Source: an uncultured Spartobacteria bacterium (GTDB taxonomy: Bacteria; Verrucomicrobiota; Verrucomicrobiia; Chthoniobacterales; JAATET01). Taken from it: a stretch of 64,000 nucleotides of DNA. This document shows, in pieces, positions 42,297 through 51,655 of this stretch (its first letter is position 1; every line of letters begins with the position of its first letter). The position numbers and the translations under genes were made by a program. Location: positions 7,461 through 71,460 of the forward strand of contig CALLUD010000013.1 in NCBI GenBank assembly GCA_938011325.1, written 5' to 3'. The notes under the pieces are model-generated. The model had not been told where the DNA came from, did no database searches, and saw only the letters and a list, made by a program, of their open reading frames with translations.

Positions 42297-44300
42297 TCAA
42301 AGAGTTCGGCCATTGCGATTTTTCCAAAAAACCAGCGCACCCAGTCCGAAGAAAAACAGCCCCAGCAAATGCGGTTCCGGCACGGCCACCACACGCAACA
42401 CCCCCGTCTCGAGCAGGGAAGACGTGTCCCAAGCCAGGCCGTCCTGAAGCGCGGGAAGATCGTAGTTCGAGAACTCTCCACTGGCCGAGCCGGACCAGTC
42501 GAAAAGATCAAATTCGTTTCCGGCCTTCGGAGTGAAGCCGCCGATCAAGTTGATTCGAAGCGTTCCACCCTCCAGTTGGAAGTCTCCCGAGATCGTCAAC
42601 TGATCGTAGTTCGCCAATCCGTTCAAATCGAACGCGATCGTGCCGGCATTGCCGAGTTCCAGCCCGCCGATTTGCAGCGCTCCGGTGAAGCCAACGCCCG
42701 CAACGGCCAGAGCGCCTCCCACGATTTCCAATTCACCGGTGCCGAGTGCCTGATTGCTTGCCGAAAGCGTTCCGGCCTCGAGCACGGTTCCTCCCGAGTA
42801 GGTGTTTGCTCCGGTGAGGGTCAACACTCCCGTTCCATTCTTCACCAGATTGCCTGTGCCGCTTATGGCGCCTGCATAAGTCCAGGGATTGGCACGGGAA
42901 ATCACGACGGTCGCGTTGTTCTCGATGTCTCCCGCGATCGAGCCACCCAAGCCGCCCTGTCCAATTTGGAGGGTGCCGCCCTCGACTTTGGTCAGGCCGG
43001 TGTAGGTGTTCTCTCCACTCAGCAGCAACCGGTAGTCGCCACGTTTCGTCAACCCTCCACTCCCCGAGATGCCTGCGTAATAGGAGTAGTCCATCTCCCG
43101 ATTGAAAATCAGCTCTCCATCGTTGATGACACTTCCATTCAGCCCTCCGAATCCCGCAATTTCGACCGCACCTTCGGCGATTGTCATCGTCCCCGTGCCA
43201 TACTTGCCATTCTTCATGACGAAGGTGCCGCTTCCCAATTTGGTGAAATCACCATTTCCTGAGATCCCGTTTTCGTAAACGAAGGTGCCTGAATGGTTCA
43301 CCACCAGGTGCGCTGAATTTATCACGCTTCCCGTGAGCGACGGCAATGAACCGCCGTTCCCGATCTGCAGGGTTCCTTCCTCGACGTAGAGCGTGCTGTC
43401 GATCTTCGCACCCAGCAACGTGAGTTTGTTTTCCCCTACTTTGGTAATCCTACCTCCGGCTCCGGTGACCGTGTTGGTGAAAACAATGTCGTCCGAGCGG
43501 TCAAAGACCAGATTGCCAGAGTTCTCGATCTTTCCCGTAATCCAGCCGGAAGATCCGCCATTTCCAATTTTAAGTGTGGCGTTACTGCCGATGGCCGTGC
43601 CTCCGGTGTGGGAAAGGTTGCCGGTGACGACTACGGTTCCGGTTCCCAACAACTGCACTTGGCCGGTGCCACTCACATTGCTGGCGAGGATGAAATTGTC
43701 ATTGTGGTTGAAGAGAAGGCTCCCGCTCGTCTTGCCAAATTCGATTGCTGCGGCGGAGAGCTTTCCCGACGGAAGCGGCTGCATACCGCTTCTCGCACCG
43801 ATCGTCAAAACGCCGGCATTCCCCACTCCGATTCCGGAAACGATGTGGATCGTTCCCTGCCCATCGCCGACGGACAATTCCCCGCCCGAGTGCAGGTAAA
43901 CATAGCCCTCACCGGATTCTCCGATCTCCAGCGAATCCGTATTCCACACACCTCCCACGTATACCGTGCCCTTCCCTCCCGACTCAGCTCCCAACACGGC
44001 GGATCCACTCTTCAGAGACCCTCCTTCGAGAATATAGACAGAGCCCGAATTGGCCGGGCCAATCATCAGGCTCTCGCCCGCATTCGCAGCAACTCTGCTT
44101 CCGATATTGGCACTCCCATTGCTGCCAATAATCGTGAGACTGGTGCTCTCATCGGGGACTCCGCCGCTCCAATTTTGCTCAGCATCCCACTGACCGCTCC
44201 CCGCGATCCATTGCGAAGTTGCGGCGAAAAGACTGCTCATCCCGGAAATCCACAGCACCGGAACGATAATACGCACCCGAGATGGGAGGACGTGAAGCAT
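42297..44300 (-). CDS. Autotransporter-associated beta-strand repeat protein with PEP-CTERM anchor
   Basis: 667 aa with a signal peptide. Repeats such as GTGVLTLTGANTYSGGTVLEAGTL and LLLSGENTYTGLTKVEGGTLQIG. C-terminus VAVPEPHLLGLFFFGLGALVFWKNR. It abuts the downstream LamG gene with no gap. Confidence 0.88.
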   Translation of the reverse strand: MLHVLPSRVRIIVPVLWISGMSSLFAATSQWIAGSGQWDAEQNWSGGVPDESTSLTIIGSNGSANIGSRVAANAGESLMIGPANSGSVYILEGGSLKSGSAVLGAESGGKGTVYVGGVWNTDSLEIGESGEGYVYLHSGGELSVGDGQGTIHIVSGIGVGNAGVLTIGARSGMQPLPSGKLSAAAIEFGKTSGSLLFNHNDNFILASNVSGTGQVQLLGTGTVVVTGNLSHTGGTAIGSNATLKIGNGGSSGWITGKIENSGNLVFDRSDDIVFTNTVTGAGGRITKVGENKLTLLGAKIDSTLYVEEGTLQIGNGGSLPSLTGSVINSAHLVVNHSGTFVYENGISGNGDFTKLGSGTFVMKNGKYGTGTMTIAEGAVEIAGFGGLNGSVINDGELIFNREMDYSYYAGISGSGGLTKRGDYRLLLSGENTYTGLTKVEGGTLQIGQGGLGGSIAGDIENNATVVISRANPWTYAGAISGTGNLVKNGTGVLTLTGANTYSGGTVLEAGTLSASNQALGTGELEIVGGALAVAGVGFTGALQIGGLELGNAGTIAFDLNGLANYDQLTISGDFQLEGGTLRINLIGGFTPKAGNEFDLFDWSGSASGEFSNYDLPALQDGLAWDTSSLLETGVLRVVAVPEPHLLGLFFFGLGALVFWKNRNGRTL

Positions 44301-44358
44301 AGGAAATATTCCCTACTTCATGCGCAATTCGAGGAAGTAATCAAGCAAATTTGGAAAA

Positions 44359-44697
44359 TCACATTTCGCCCGGTGATGTGGCGCAACGCACAACGGGAAT
44401 CGCCTCGCAACGCTCGCGCCAGCCGGGAAAATTCCACGTGTTGGGGAAGCCGCGGCATTGATGCGGCTTCACGGGCTGGATCGTGCAGTTGTTGCCTTCG
44501 AGGAAGATGCACTCGCCATTCGGCTTGTCGATGAGGGCAAGTCCGTCGCGTTTCGGGCGAAGCCGCGTGTAGCGCTGGATGAAGTCGTATTCATCCAGCG
44601 CGAGGAAATTTGCGATCGCGGTGATGTCCGCGTCGCTGAGTCGCACGAAGCCCGGCCAGCGGCAGCAATTCGCACAGCGCTGGCATTGATACCACAC
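44359..44697 (-). CDS. YkgJ-family (CxxCxxCC) cysteine-cluster protein
   Basis: Only the last 112 codons of track ORF 44359..45681 are plausible. Proposed GTG start (complement of 44695-44697) gives (M)WYQCQRCANCCRWPGFVRLSDADI...ECIFLEGNNCTIQPVKPHQCRGFP. The rest of the ORF is antisense to rfbB. Confidence 0.7.
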   Translation of the reverse strand: MWYQCQRCANCCRWPGFVRLSDADITAIANFLALDEYDFIQRYTRLRPKRDGLALIDKPNGECIFLEGNNCTIQPVKPHQCRGFPNTWNFPGWRERCEAIPVVRCATSPGEM

Positions 44698-44736
44698 GGT
44701 TGCAGCGCCGCTTGCGTCTCTGCTAGAACCGCCGCC

Positions 44737-45723
44737 ATGCGTCTTCTCGTCACCGGCGGAGCCGGGTTCATCGGCAGCAATTTCGTTCGTTTTGTTCTCG
44801 AGCACTATCAGCCGGAATTTGTCACCAACGTGGACGCCCTCACCTACGCGGGCAATCCGGAAAATCTTCACGGCATCGATACGACTTACGAGGGTCGCTA
44901 CGAATTCCACCGCGCCGACATCGCCGATCGCGAGGCGATGGACGCGATCTTTGCGCAGCACAAATATTACGCCGTCATCAATTTCGCCGCCGAGTCGCAC
45001 GTCGACCGCAGCATTGCGTCGCCGGAGAACTTCATTCACACGAACGTCGCCGGCACTCAGGTCCTGCTCGACGCCGCCCGTCGTCATGGCGTGAAGCGCT
45101 TCGTGCAGATTTCGACCGACGAAGTCTACGGATCGCTTGGCGAGGAAGGCCGTTTCACCGAAACGTCGCCGCTCGCGCCGAGTTCGCCGTATTCGGCCAG
45201 CAAGGCCAGCGCCGATCTTCTCGCGCTCGCCGCGTTCAAGACCTACGGCCAGGAGGTCGTCATCACCCGTTGCTCGAACAACTACGGGCCGTATCAGTTT
45301 CCCGAGAAACTCATTCCTCTGATGATCACCAACGCGCTCCGCGACGAGAAACTGCCGGTTTATGGGGACGGCCTCAACGTGCGCGACTGGATTCATGTGG
45401 ACGATCACTGCCGCGCCATCACCGCCGTGCTCTTCGAAGGCACGCCGGGCGAAGTCTACAACGTCGGTGCCGACGCCGAGATGCGAAACATCGACGTCGT
45501 GAAGCTCATCCTGAAAACCCTCGGCAAGCCCGAGTCGCTCATCGAATACGTCGCGGACCGCCCCGGCCACGACCGCCGTTACGCGATCGATTCGACCAAA
45601 CTGCGCGCGCAGCTCGATTGGAAGCCGATCCACGAGGCGAACGCAGGCATCGCCGAGACCGTGCAGTGGTATCTGGACCACGAGGCGTGGTGGCGCCCGC
45701 TTCTCAACCGCGCCCGCTTGTGA
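44737..45723 (+). CDS. rfbB: dTDP-glucose 4,6-dehydratase
   Basis: Start MRLLVTGGAGFIGSNFV at 44737; the track ORF starts earlier at 44458. Contains STDEVYG, YSASKASADL and DGLNVRDWIHVDDH. Confidence 0.93.
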   Translation: MRLLVTGGAGFIGSNFVRFVLEHYQPEFVTNVDALTYAGNPENLHGIDTTYEGRYEFHRADIADREAMDAIFAQHKYYAVINFAAESHVDRSIASPENFIHTNVAGTQVLLDAARRHGVKRFVQISTDEVYGSLGEEGRFTETSPLAPSSPYSASKASADLLALAAFKTYGQEVVITRCSNNYGPYQFPEKLIPLMITNALRDEKLPVYGDGLNVRDWIHVDDHCRAITAVLFEGTPGEVYNVGADAEMRNIDVVKLILKTLGKPESLIEYVADRPGHDRRYAIDSTKLRAQLDWKPIHEANAGIAETVQWYLDHEAWWRPLLNRARL

Positions 45724-46586
45724 AAGTCGCCATTCTCGGATCCCGTGGGCGTCTTGGCGCCGCCTTGCTCCGCGAGTGGAGCGAGAAATTCAACATGCGC
45801 GGCTTTGCACGCCCGGAACTCGATCTGCTTGTTCCCGCGACGATCGATCAATGCCTCGAAGGCGACTTCAACTGGGTCGTCAACTGCGCGGCGCACACGA
45901 ATGTCGACGCCTGCGAACGCCAGCCCGAGGAGGCGCGCCTTGCGAATACCGTCGCGCCCCGCCGGATCGCGGAGATTTGTGCGAAGAAGCGCGCCCGGCT
46001 CATTCACATCAGCACCGACTACGTCTTCGACGGGCGCAATCGCGAGCCCTACGACGAGGAAGCCGCGCCGAGTCCGCTCAGCGTTTACGGACGCTCGAAA
46101 GCGGATGGCGAGGCCGAGGTGCTCGCCGCGCTTCCCAATGCGATCGTCGCGCGGGTTTCTTGGGTGTTCGGACCTGACAAGCCAAGCTTCATCGACATGC
46201 TGCTCGGCCGCGCTTTGGCGAATGACCAGGTCGCCGCAATCGCCGACAAATGGTCCACGCCCACCTACACGATCCATCTCGCACAGTGGCTGCGAATGCT
46301 CATCGAAGCGGACGCCGCCGGTGGCGTGTATCACCTCTGCAACGACGGCGAATGCACCTGGCGTGAATACGGCGCCTATGCCCTCGAATGCGCGCGCGAA
46401 CTCGGCCTGCCGGTCAAGACGACGGAAGTCGCGCCGCTCGAGCTCGCAAGCATGGAGGGCTTCATCGCCGAGCGGCCCGTTTACACGGTGATGTCCACCG
46501 GGCGATTTCGCGAAGCATTCCACTACGATCCGCCACCGTGGCAAACCGCGGTGCGCGAATACCTCCGCGATCACCCGCCCTGCTGA
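45720..46586 (+). CDS. rfbD: dTDP-4-dehydrorhamnose reductase
   Basis: The GTG start at 45720 overlaps the rfbB stop (GTGA) and gives (M)KVAILGSRGRLGAAL. Contains VVNCAAHTNVDACE, ISTDYVFDG and YGRSKADGE. The earlier part of the track ORF is out-of-frame overlap with rfbB. Confidence 0.9.
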   Translation: MKVAILGSRGRLGAALLREWSEKFNMRGFARPELDLLVPATIDQCLEGDFNWVVNCAAHTNVDACERQPEEARLANTVAPRRIAEICAKKRARLIHISTDYVFDGRNREPYDEEAAPSPLSVYGRSKADGEAEVLAALPNAIVARVSWVFGPDKPSFIDMLLGRALANDQVAAIADKWSTPTYTIHLAQWLRMLIEADAAGGVYHLCNDGECTWREYGAYALECARELGLPVKTTEVAPLELASMEGFIAERPVYTVMSTGRFREAFHYDPPPWQTAVREYLRDHPPC

Positions 46587-46625
46587 GAAAACGTCGCGCG
46601 GATTTCAGTCCGGAAAAGAGCCGGA

Positions 46626-46985
46626 CTATAAAAAGAAGCTGACCATCAGCACCGCGAACACGACCGCGGAAACTCCCGCGTAGAGCCAGTCCTTCGACGC
46701 CCCATAGCCGATTCCGGCGAGCAGCACCCGCACGAGCGGATTCAGGAGCAGCAGCAACACGCCGATTTGAATCACCGCCGCGTCGTGTCCGCTCACCGCC
46801 GCCTGGAAGATCGCCACGGGATGCCGCAGGTCCGCCGGCTCACCCGTGAATTTCCGGTCTCCCGGTGTTTGCGAGCCATGTTCTGCGAGAAAAACGACGC
46901 CGCCAGCGAGCAACACCGCCGCCGCGAGCAGCACGCCCCAAAGCATGATCCGCGCAAGAAGGTTTCGAATGCTTTGCTCGTTCAT
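46626..46985 (-). CDS. DUF1634-family small membrane protein
   Basis: 119 aa with 3-4 hydrophobic helices. It lies immediately downstream of a TauE/SafE-like gene, a pairing I recall as typical for this family. Confidence 0.6.
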   Translation of the reverse strand: MNEQSIRNLLARIMLWGVLLAAAVLLAGGVVFLAEHGSQTPGDRKFTGEPADLRHPVAIFQAAVSGHDAAVIQIGVLLLLLNPLVRVLLAGIGYGASKDWLYAGVSAVVFAVLMVSFFL

Positions 46986-47017
46986 ATCAGCCAGGTCCGA
47001 TCCGTGCTCATCCGCGG

Positions 47018-47857
47018 CTACGTGTTCACATGGAAGCCTTTCAGGATCATCTGCACGCCGATCACCGCAATTGCGACGAGGAATATCCCTTTCAGAATTT
47101 TCGTTGGCACGACCGGCAGCAATCGCGCGCCAAGAAACGCTCCGGCCAGCACGCCGAGCGCAACGGGAAACGCAAGCACGGGGTCGAGGTAGCCGTTCTT
47201 CAGGTAAATGCCGACGCTCGCCGCGGCCGTCACCCCGATCATGAAGTTGCTCGTTGTCGTCGTGGCCTTGAATGGAATTCGCATGATCTGATCCATCCCC
47301 AGCACCTTGAACGCCCCCGATCCGATTCCGAGCAGTCCCGAGAGCACACCCGCGATCACCATCACGAAGAATCCCCAGCCCACGTGCTGGACGTGATACT
47401 CGGCTCCTCCGGCGGATGCCGGCAGGCGATCATCGAGTCGCAACAGCTGCGCCGCGCGATTGGCGGGCAGCTCGATGCCCGCGGAATCCTCCTTTTTGCG
47501 CAGCGACAATCCCGCCGTCGCAAGCAGCGCGAGGCCGAAGATCAGTGAGAGCAGCGAGGCGTTCGCAACGCCGGCCATCATTGCACCGCCGACGGCACCG
47601 AACGTCGTCGCCACGCACAGGAAGAGCCCGATGCGCATATTGCTCAAGCCATCCCGCAAATACGCCGCCGCCGCGCCGGACGATGTCGCGATTACGGAAA
47701 CGAGCGCCGCGCCCATCGCATAGCGAATGTCGATGCCGAAAATCAGCACGAGCACCGGCGTGATGATGATCCCTCCGCCAAGCCCGATCAACGCGCCAAT
47801 CAATCCCGCAATGAATGCCGACGCCGCCACCGCGAGATCGAAGCCGAGTTCATTCAC
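47018..47857 (-). CDS. TauE/SafE-family (DUF81) anion exporter
   Basis: Gly-rich TM helices (GLIGALIGLGGGIIITPVLV, GSGAFKVLGMD). Proposed GTG start (complement of 47855-47857) gives 279 aa. The track ATG at 48007 would overlap the divergent gene at 47958. Confidence 0.75.
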   Translation of the reverse strand: MNELGFDLAVAASAFIAGLIGALIGLGGGIIITPVLVLIFGIDIRYAMGAALVSVIATSSGAAAAYLRDGLSNMRIGLFLCVATTFGAVGGAMMAGVANASLLSLIFGLALLATAGLSLRKKEDSAGIELPANRAAQLLRLDDRLPASAGGAEYHVQHVGWGFFVMVIAGVLSGLLGIGSGAFKVLGMDQIMRIPFKATTTTSNFMIGVTAAASVGIYLKNGYLDPVLAFPVALGVLAGAFLGARLLPVVPTKILKGIFLVAIAVIGVQMILKGFHVNT

Positions 47858-47957
47858 GCATTCATTTGAACCCGGGGCGCCAGCCCGAACCAGCAGAAAT
47901 CCCCTCGCCAGAAAATCCGCCGGCAGATAACTTTGCGGTAAGCAACATTGCAAAACT

Positions 47958-49061
47958 ATGAAATCCATTGGTGCATTTCTGGTCGCCCTCGGGATCGCGT
48001 TCTCCACAATACCCGAGGTTCACGCGTTGACCTGCTACCTCCTCACCGAGGACAACAAGATCGTAAGCTTCGACTCCGCCAACCCAACTGCCGCCGGCGC
48101 CGCCGTTGCGATCACTGGAATTCCGGCCGGTTACGACATGGTGGGGATCGACATTCGAACCACGGTCCAGCCCGGATTTTCCAATCCGGGAGTGGGTTCG
48201 CTATGGGGTCTCGCCCATGACGAGGTGGCCAATACCGCCCTGCTTTACGTGATCAACCCGACTACGGGAGCGGCCACCCAGATCGGCCTGCCGCTGGTCG
48301 GGATTCAAAAGGGATCTTCCGGATGGTTCTTTGGATTCAACCCGGCCACGGACCGCATCCGCGTCCTGAACTTCATCTACAATTACGAGATCAACCCGAA
48401 TACCGCGACCTTTGTGAGGCAGGCTGACCTGACCGGGTTTAATCCCAATTCCAGCGGTTCCTCCTTCACCACCGCGTCCTATGGCGGCAGCAGCCGGATC
48501 TATTTTGTCGATCAGAATCCCAACGACAGCCTCCGCACCTCCAACGATATTTCGACCGGCATCACGTCCGTCGTCGGCGATCTTGGTATTCCGTTCACCA
48601 CCGCCGCGGGACTGGACATCGCCGGCGACCTGATGCTTTTCGCATTTAAAGACGGTGCCACGACCACCCTCTACACGGTGAATCGAAATACCGGGGCCGC
48701 GACCCCCGTTGGCAATATCGGCGGAAATCCCACGACGCGCGCGCTCGCCATCGTGCCCGCGAGCTTCCCGCCCAAACTTCAAGTCAAGGTGAAGGTCAAG
48801 GGGCCGAAGTCGTTCTCGACCACCAAGCGAAAGGTCAAAATCAAGGGCACTGCCAGCACGAACTCCGGCGAAGTGGAACTCGTCGAATACAAGGTCGGCA
48901 AGGGCAAATTCAAGAAGGCCAAAGGCACGAAACGCTGGAGGGCAAACGTCAAGCTCTCCCCCGGCCTCAACAAGATTCAGGTGCGGGCAACGGTAGGCAC
49001 CACCAGTTCCAAGCAGGCAAAGCTGAAGATCCGTCAGCTCTTCCCGGCGAACCCCGCCTGA
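47958..49061 (+). CDS. DUF4394-domain secreted protein with a basic C-terminal Ig-like domain
   Basis: 367 aa with a signal peptide. Contains IVSFDSANPTAAGAAVAITGIPAGYDMVGIDIR and LYVINPTTGAATQIG, which fit my recollection of DUF4394. The C-terminal ~90 aa are Lys-rich and beta-type. Confidence 0.65.
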   Translation: MKSIGAFLVALGIAFSTIPEVHALTCYLLTEDNKIVSFDSANPTAAGAAVAITGIPAGYDMVGIDIRTTVQPGFSNPGVGSLWGLAHDEVANTALLYVINPTTGAATQIGLPLVGIQKGSSGWFFGFNPATDRIRVLNFIYNYEINPNTATFVRQADLTGFNPNSSGSSFTTASYGGSSRIYFVDQNPNDSLRTSNDISTGITSVVGDLGIPFTTAAGLDIAGDLMLFAFKDGATTTLYTVNRNTGAATPVGNIGGNPTTRALAIVPASFPPKLQVKVKVKGPKSFSTTKRKVKIKGTASTNSGEVELVEYKVGKGKFKKAKGTKRWRANVKLSPGLNKIQVRATVGTTSSKQAKLKIRQLFPANPA

Positions 49062-49083
49062 CGCATCCTCTTGATTGGAAAAG

Positions 49084-49111
49084 AAAAGGCCCGGCAACCG
49101 CCGGGCCTTTT
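49084..49111. terminator. Bidirectional intrinsic terminator between convergent genes
   Basis: AAAA, GGCCCGGC (49088-49095), loop AACC, GCCGGGCC (49100-49107), TTTT. A perfect 8-bp GC stem flanked by A and T runs, located between the stops at 49061 (+) and 49137 (-). Confidence 0.75.
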
Positions 49112-49136
49112 CGCTGCAAGCGTGAATCGTGCGGGC

Positions 49137-50375
49137 CTACCAGCTCAGCGCCTTCAAGCGCCGGGCGACTTCCTCCGCATTCTCACGGCTGTTGAATGCC
49201 GAGATCCGAAAATACCCCTCGCCCGCGAGTCCGAAGCCGCTGCCGGGCGTGATGACAACATTCGCCTCGTTGAGGATCGTGTCGAACATCTCCCAGCTCG
49301 TGCGTCCCTTCGGACCGCGCACCCAGATGTAGGGAGCGCTTTTCCCGCCAAAAACCTCGAGCCCGCAGGCGCGGACCGCCTCGCTCAGGATCGCGGCGTT
49401 GCCCATGTAGAGCGATACGAGCGCCGCGACCTGCTCGCGTCCCTCTTGCGTATAAAGCGCTTCGGCGCCGCGCTGCGTGATGTAGCTCACGCCATTGAAC
49501 TTCGTCGAAAACCTCCGGTTCCACAGCGGATGCAACGGCTTCTTCTCCCCGCCGTCCGTCGAGCATTCCAGCTCCTTCGGCACGATCGTGAACGCACACC
49601 GCGTTCCGGTGAATCCGCCGTTCTTCGAAAAACTCCGAAACTCGATCGCACACTTCCGCGCGCCGGGAATCTCGTAGATCGAGTGCGGCACATCCGCATC
49701 CTGGATGTAGGCCTCGTAGGCCGCGTCGAAAAGGATCACCGACTCGTTCTCGAGCGCGTATTTCACCCACGCCTCGAGCTGCGCGCGCGTCGCCGTCGCG
49801 CCCGTCGGGTTGTTCGGGTAGCAAAGGTAGATCAGGTCGACCTTCTCGTTCGGGATCTCCGGCACGAAGCCGTTCTCCGCCGTGCAGGCCAGATACACAA
49901 GCCCACCATAGCGGCCCGATTCATCGGCCTCGGTCGTGTGGCCCGCCATCACGTTCGTATCGACGTAGACGGGATAAACGGGATCCATCATCGCGATCCG
50001 GTTGTCGTGACCGAAGATGTCGAGGATGTTTCCGCAGTCGCACTTCGAGCCGTCCGAGACGAACACCTCGTCGTCCGCAACGTCGAGTCCCTTCGCGCGA
50101 TAATCGTTCTCCGCGATCGCGTGACGCAGAAACTCGTAGCCCTGCTCCGGACCGTAGCCGTGAAATCCCTCACGCGTCCCCATCTCATCGACCGCCTTGT
50201 GCATGGCCTCGCGCACCGCGAGCGGCAGCGGCTCGGTGACATCGCCGATTCCGCAACGAATCAGCCGCTTCGCCGCATCGGGATTCGCATCGGTGAACGC
50301 CTTCACCCGCCGCCCGATCTCGGGAAACAGGTAGCCGGCCTTGAGTTTGAGGTAATGGGAATTCAGTCGAGCCAT
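49137..50375 (-). CDS. dapL: LL-diaminopimelate aminotransferase
   Basis: Start [20 protein letters not shown] (complement of 50373-50375); the track ORF extends to 50687. Contains [22 protein letters not shown] and [12 protein letters not shown] (PLP lysine). Confidence 0.9.
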   Translation of the reverse strand: MARLNSHYLKLKAGYLFPEIGRRVKAFTDANPDAAKRLIRCGIGDVTEPLPLAVREAMHKAVDEMGTREGFHGYGPEQGYEFLRHAIAENDYRAKGLDVADDEVFVSDGSKCDCGNILDIFGHDNRIAMMDPVYPVYVDTNVMAGHTTEADESGRYGGLVYLACTAENGFVPEIPNEKVDLIYLCYPNNPTGATATRAQLEAWVKYALENESVILFDAAYEAYIQDADVPHSIYEIPGARKCAIEFRSFSKNGGFTGTRCAFTIVPKELECSTDGGEKKPLHPLWNRRFSTKFNGVSYITQRGAEALYTQEGREQVAALVSLYMGNAAILSEAVRACGLEVFGGKSAPYIWVRGPKGRTSWEMFDTILNEANVVITPGSGFGLAGEGYFRISAFNSRENAEEVARRLKALSW

Positions 50376-50634
50376 GGGAAAGAGCGCTGATGGTTGATAG
50401 TTGGCCGTTGAGAGGAAAGGAAAAATCCACGCCGCACGTGGTGTTTCGCGCCGCCGTGTGAGACCTCCCCGGCTTCGCAAAACAACACGGCCACAGCATG
50501 ACTCGCTTCTCGTCGCCCGACCGACGTCACCCCCGATGTCCCCATACCCTCGACACACCATCTCGCCTGACTCATGCTCCGCATCGCGCCCCGTTTCCCG
50601 ACACGGGCCCTCGTCCCTCGACTCCCTTTTCCCC

Positions 50635-51474
50635 ATGTCTCCCCGCCTTTTCCTTTTCGCCGTTCTCCTGGCCGCCACCAATCTCACCCTCGCCCGCGCC
50701 GGTGAAGCCTGCCGATCCGTCCACCTCTGGTATTCGGATGCCCCCGTGGCGGACGCGTTTTACAACGAGGTCCGTGTCCAGGAATCCGCCGATGGCGCGT
50801 ATTTCGCGGTGTGCGGATGGAGTCGTGGATACTTCGGCATTCAGCAGCTGGGTGACGGACGCAAGGTCGTCATCTTTTCCGTGTGGGATCCGCCCGCCGG
50901 CGATCACCCCGACGAAGTGCCGCCGGAAAAGCGGGTGCAACTCCTCTTCCAGGGCGACGACGTCCGCGTCAATCGATTCGGATACGAGGGCACCGGTGGT
51001 CAGTCCTTCCTGGACTTTCCGTGGAAGACCGACGCCACCTACCGCTTCCTTGTCACCGCCCGTCCGCACGGTTCGACGCATGTCGCCTACGCCGGTTACT
51101 TTTATCTTCCCGAGGAAGGCCGCTGGAAACACCTCGCCACCTTCGCCACGCTCATCCCTCCCGGCGAGGGACTCCGCGGACTCTACTCGTTCGTCGAGGA
51201 TTTCATCCGCAACGACGAAAGCACCCGTCACGTCCGGCGCGCGATCTACGGTCCGGGCTGGGTGCGGACCGGGAATGACGAATGGACCCCGCTCCTGCAG
51301 GCCACCTTCACCGCCGACAACAACCCCGCCCGCAACATCGACGCCGGCCTCGCCCCACCAGGCTTCTTCCTCTCAACCGGCGGCACCACCCCGGAAAACG
51401 CCAGCCTCCTCCAAAAAACATTCCACCTCCCCAAAGCCGGCAAACCACCCGCGGATCTGCCTGAGGGCTCTTAA
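50635..51474 (+). CDS. Secreted DUF3472-like domain protein
   Basis: Start [22 protein letters not shown] (signal peptide) at 50635; the track ORF starts at 50401. Contains [17 protein letters not shown] and VIFSVWDP, which resemble DUF3472. The call is from memory. Confidence 0.6.
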   Translation: MSPRLFLFAVLLAATNLTLARAGEACRSVHLWYSDAPVADAFYNEVRVQESADGAYFAVCGWSRGYFGIQQLGDGRKVVIFSVWDPPAGDHPDEVPPEKRVQLLFQGDDVRVNRFGYEGTGGQSFLDFPWKTDATYRFLVTARPHGSTHVAYAGYFYLPEEGRWKHLATFATLIPPGEGLRGLYSFVEDFIRNDESTRHVRRAIYGPGWVRTGNDEWTPLLQATFTADNNPARNIDAGLAPPGFFLSTGGTTPENASLLQKTFHLPKAGKPPADLPEGS

Positions 51475-51655
51475 CCACAAGGAACAGAGCGAGTTCCACG
51501 ACTCCACGCATCCCGGGACGCCCCGCTTCCCATTTCGGCTTCCGAAATCGGAATTCTGCATTCGAAGATTCCTCGGAAAATTTACACACGGTGTTGAATC
51601 TCCCACTCGGACGCGTATATTCCTGCGCCTGCTTTAACCAGCGCGGGCATTCCCT

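Noticed and set aside
44698-45681. N-terminal 328 codons of track ORF 44359..45681 (minus strand)
   Set aside because: This part is antisense to rfbB. Only the C-terminal 112 codons show the YkgJ CxxCxxCC pattern, so I truncated the gene to a GTG start at 44697.
46607-46627. Perfect 7-bp hairpin AGTCCGG-AAAAGAG-CCGGACT between rfbD and the DUF1634 gene, considered as a terminator
   Set aside because: No T-run follows on either strand, and the 3' arm overlaps the stop codon of the minus-strand gene. The evidence is too weak to call an intrinsic terminator.
49137-50687. N-terminal 104-codon extension of the dapL ORF, and the 50401..50634 extension of the DUF3472 ORF
   Set aside because: Both extensions are Arg-rich and overlap each other head-to-head. 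The conserved DapL N-terminus ([20 protein letters not shown]) and a clean signal peptide ([12 protein letters not shown]) mark the real starts.
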